Positions 63,690-64,000 of a stretch of DNA of 64,000 nucleotides are shown here, piece after piece. Where the stretch lies: assembly GCA_030425825.1 (NCBI GenBank), contig JAUHZY010000002.1, positions 34,377-98,376 of the forward strand. The letters are read 5' to 3'. The stretch comes from Alphaproteobacteria bacterium. Its GTDB lineage: Bacteria; Pseudomonadota; Alphaproteobacteria; JAUHZY01. The notes under the pieces are model-generated. The model did no database searches and was not told where the DNA came from. It saw only the letters and a program-made list of their open reading frames with translations. The translations under genes and the position numbers were made by a program. Position 1 is the stretch's first letter; each line of letters opens with the position of its first letter.

Positions 63690-64000
63690 TTAAAACTTTT
63701 CGACTGTGAAGACCATTGCTTTGAAGCTGTCGGACCAGTGGTTTTCTTTCATGCCAGCTTTTTGTTTTAGGCGTGTGAGGAAAAGTTTTGGGTCTGGTAT
63801 ACCTTCCCACACTTGAGGTAAGAAGATGGCGTTTTTGCCTTTGTCTTGGATAACCAAGCCTTCCTCAAAAGGCTTTAGTTTTGTCAGGAGGTCTTCTTCG
63901 CTGCTTATTTCTAGTGGACGGAGGCAACCCATAACGGAGAGGGACATGCTTGTGCTTTTCCATTCTTCTGTCGTCATAGGCTTGAAACGTTTGTCTCCAA
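63690..64000 (-). CDS. AMMECR1-domain (AmmeMemoRadiSam protein A-like), 3' part only
   Basis: Frame is open from the window edge: GDKRFKPM..EE..., FLPQVWE..PDP..FL..LKQKAG. Confidence 0.85.
   Translation of the reverse strand, partial: GDKRFKPMTTEEWKSTSMSLSVMGCLRPLEISSEEDLLTKLKPFEEGLVIQDKGKNAIFLPQVWEGIPDPKLFLTRLKQKAGMKENHWSDSFKAMVFTVEKF

Overview
AT-rich, tightly packed chromosomal segment of an alphaproteobacterium. The assignment rests on gene order and sequence style: class II DAHP synthase, flgI-flgJ-flgN, tldD divergent from coxB, and a Rhodospirillales/Bradyrhizobium-type flagellin. About 5.7-24 kb is the complete str-S10-spc-alpha ribosomal protein superoperon. Other housekeeping blocks are acpS-lepB-rnc, ychF, tRNA-Glu, tldD-tolR-tolA-tolB-pal-cpoB-tilS-ftsH-recJ and coxB-coxA-ctaB-(coxF)-ctaG. 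The most interesting accessory content is: (i) a flagellin with a ~145-aa CBM/galactose-binding-like beta-sandwich inserted cleanly into its variable region; (ii) two paralogous RTX-repeat proteins (2850 and 1241 aa) that share an N-terminal domain and a twice-repeated ~120-aa non-RTX domain; (iii) sigma54 (-24/-12) promoters in front of flgI, the flagellin and the giant RTX gene, suggesting a flagellum-coupled surface adhesion programme; (iv) a 738-aa orphan with an EExxH zincin-like motif; (v) an ATP-grasp gene broken by one in-frame TAA. No CRISPR array, rRNA, transposase or integrase was seen. All family calls are by motif recognition, with no database searches.
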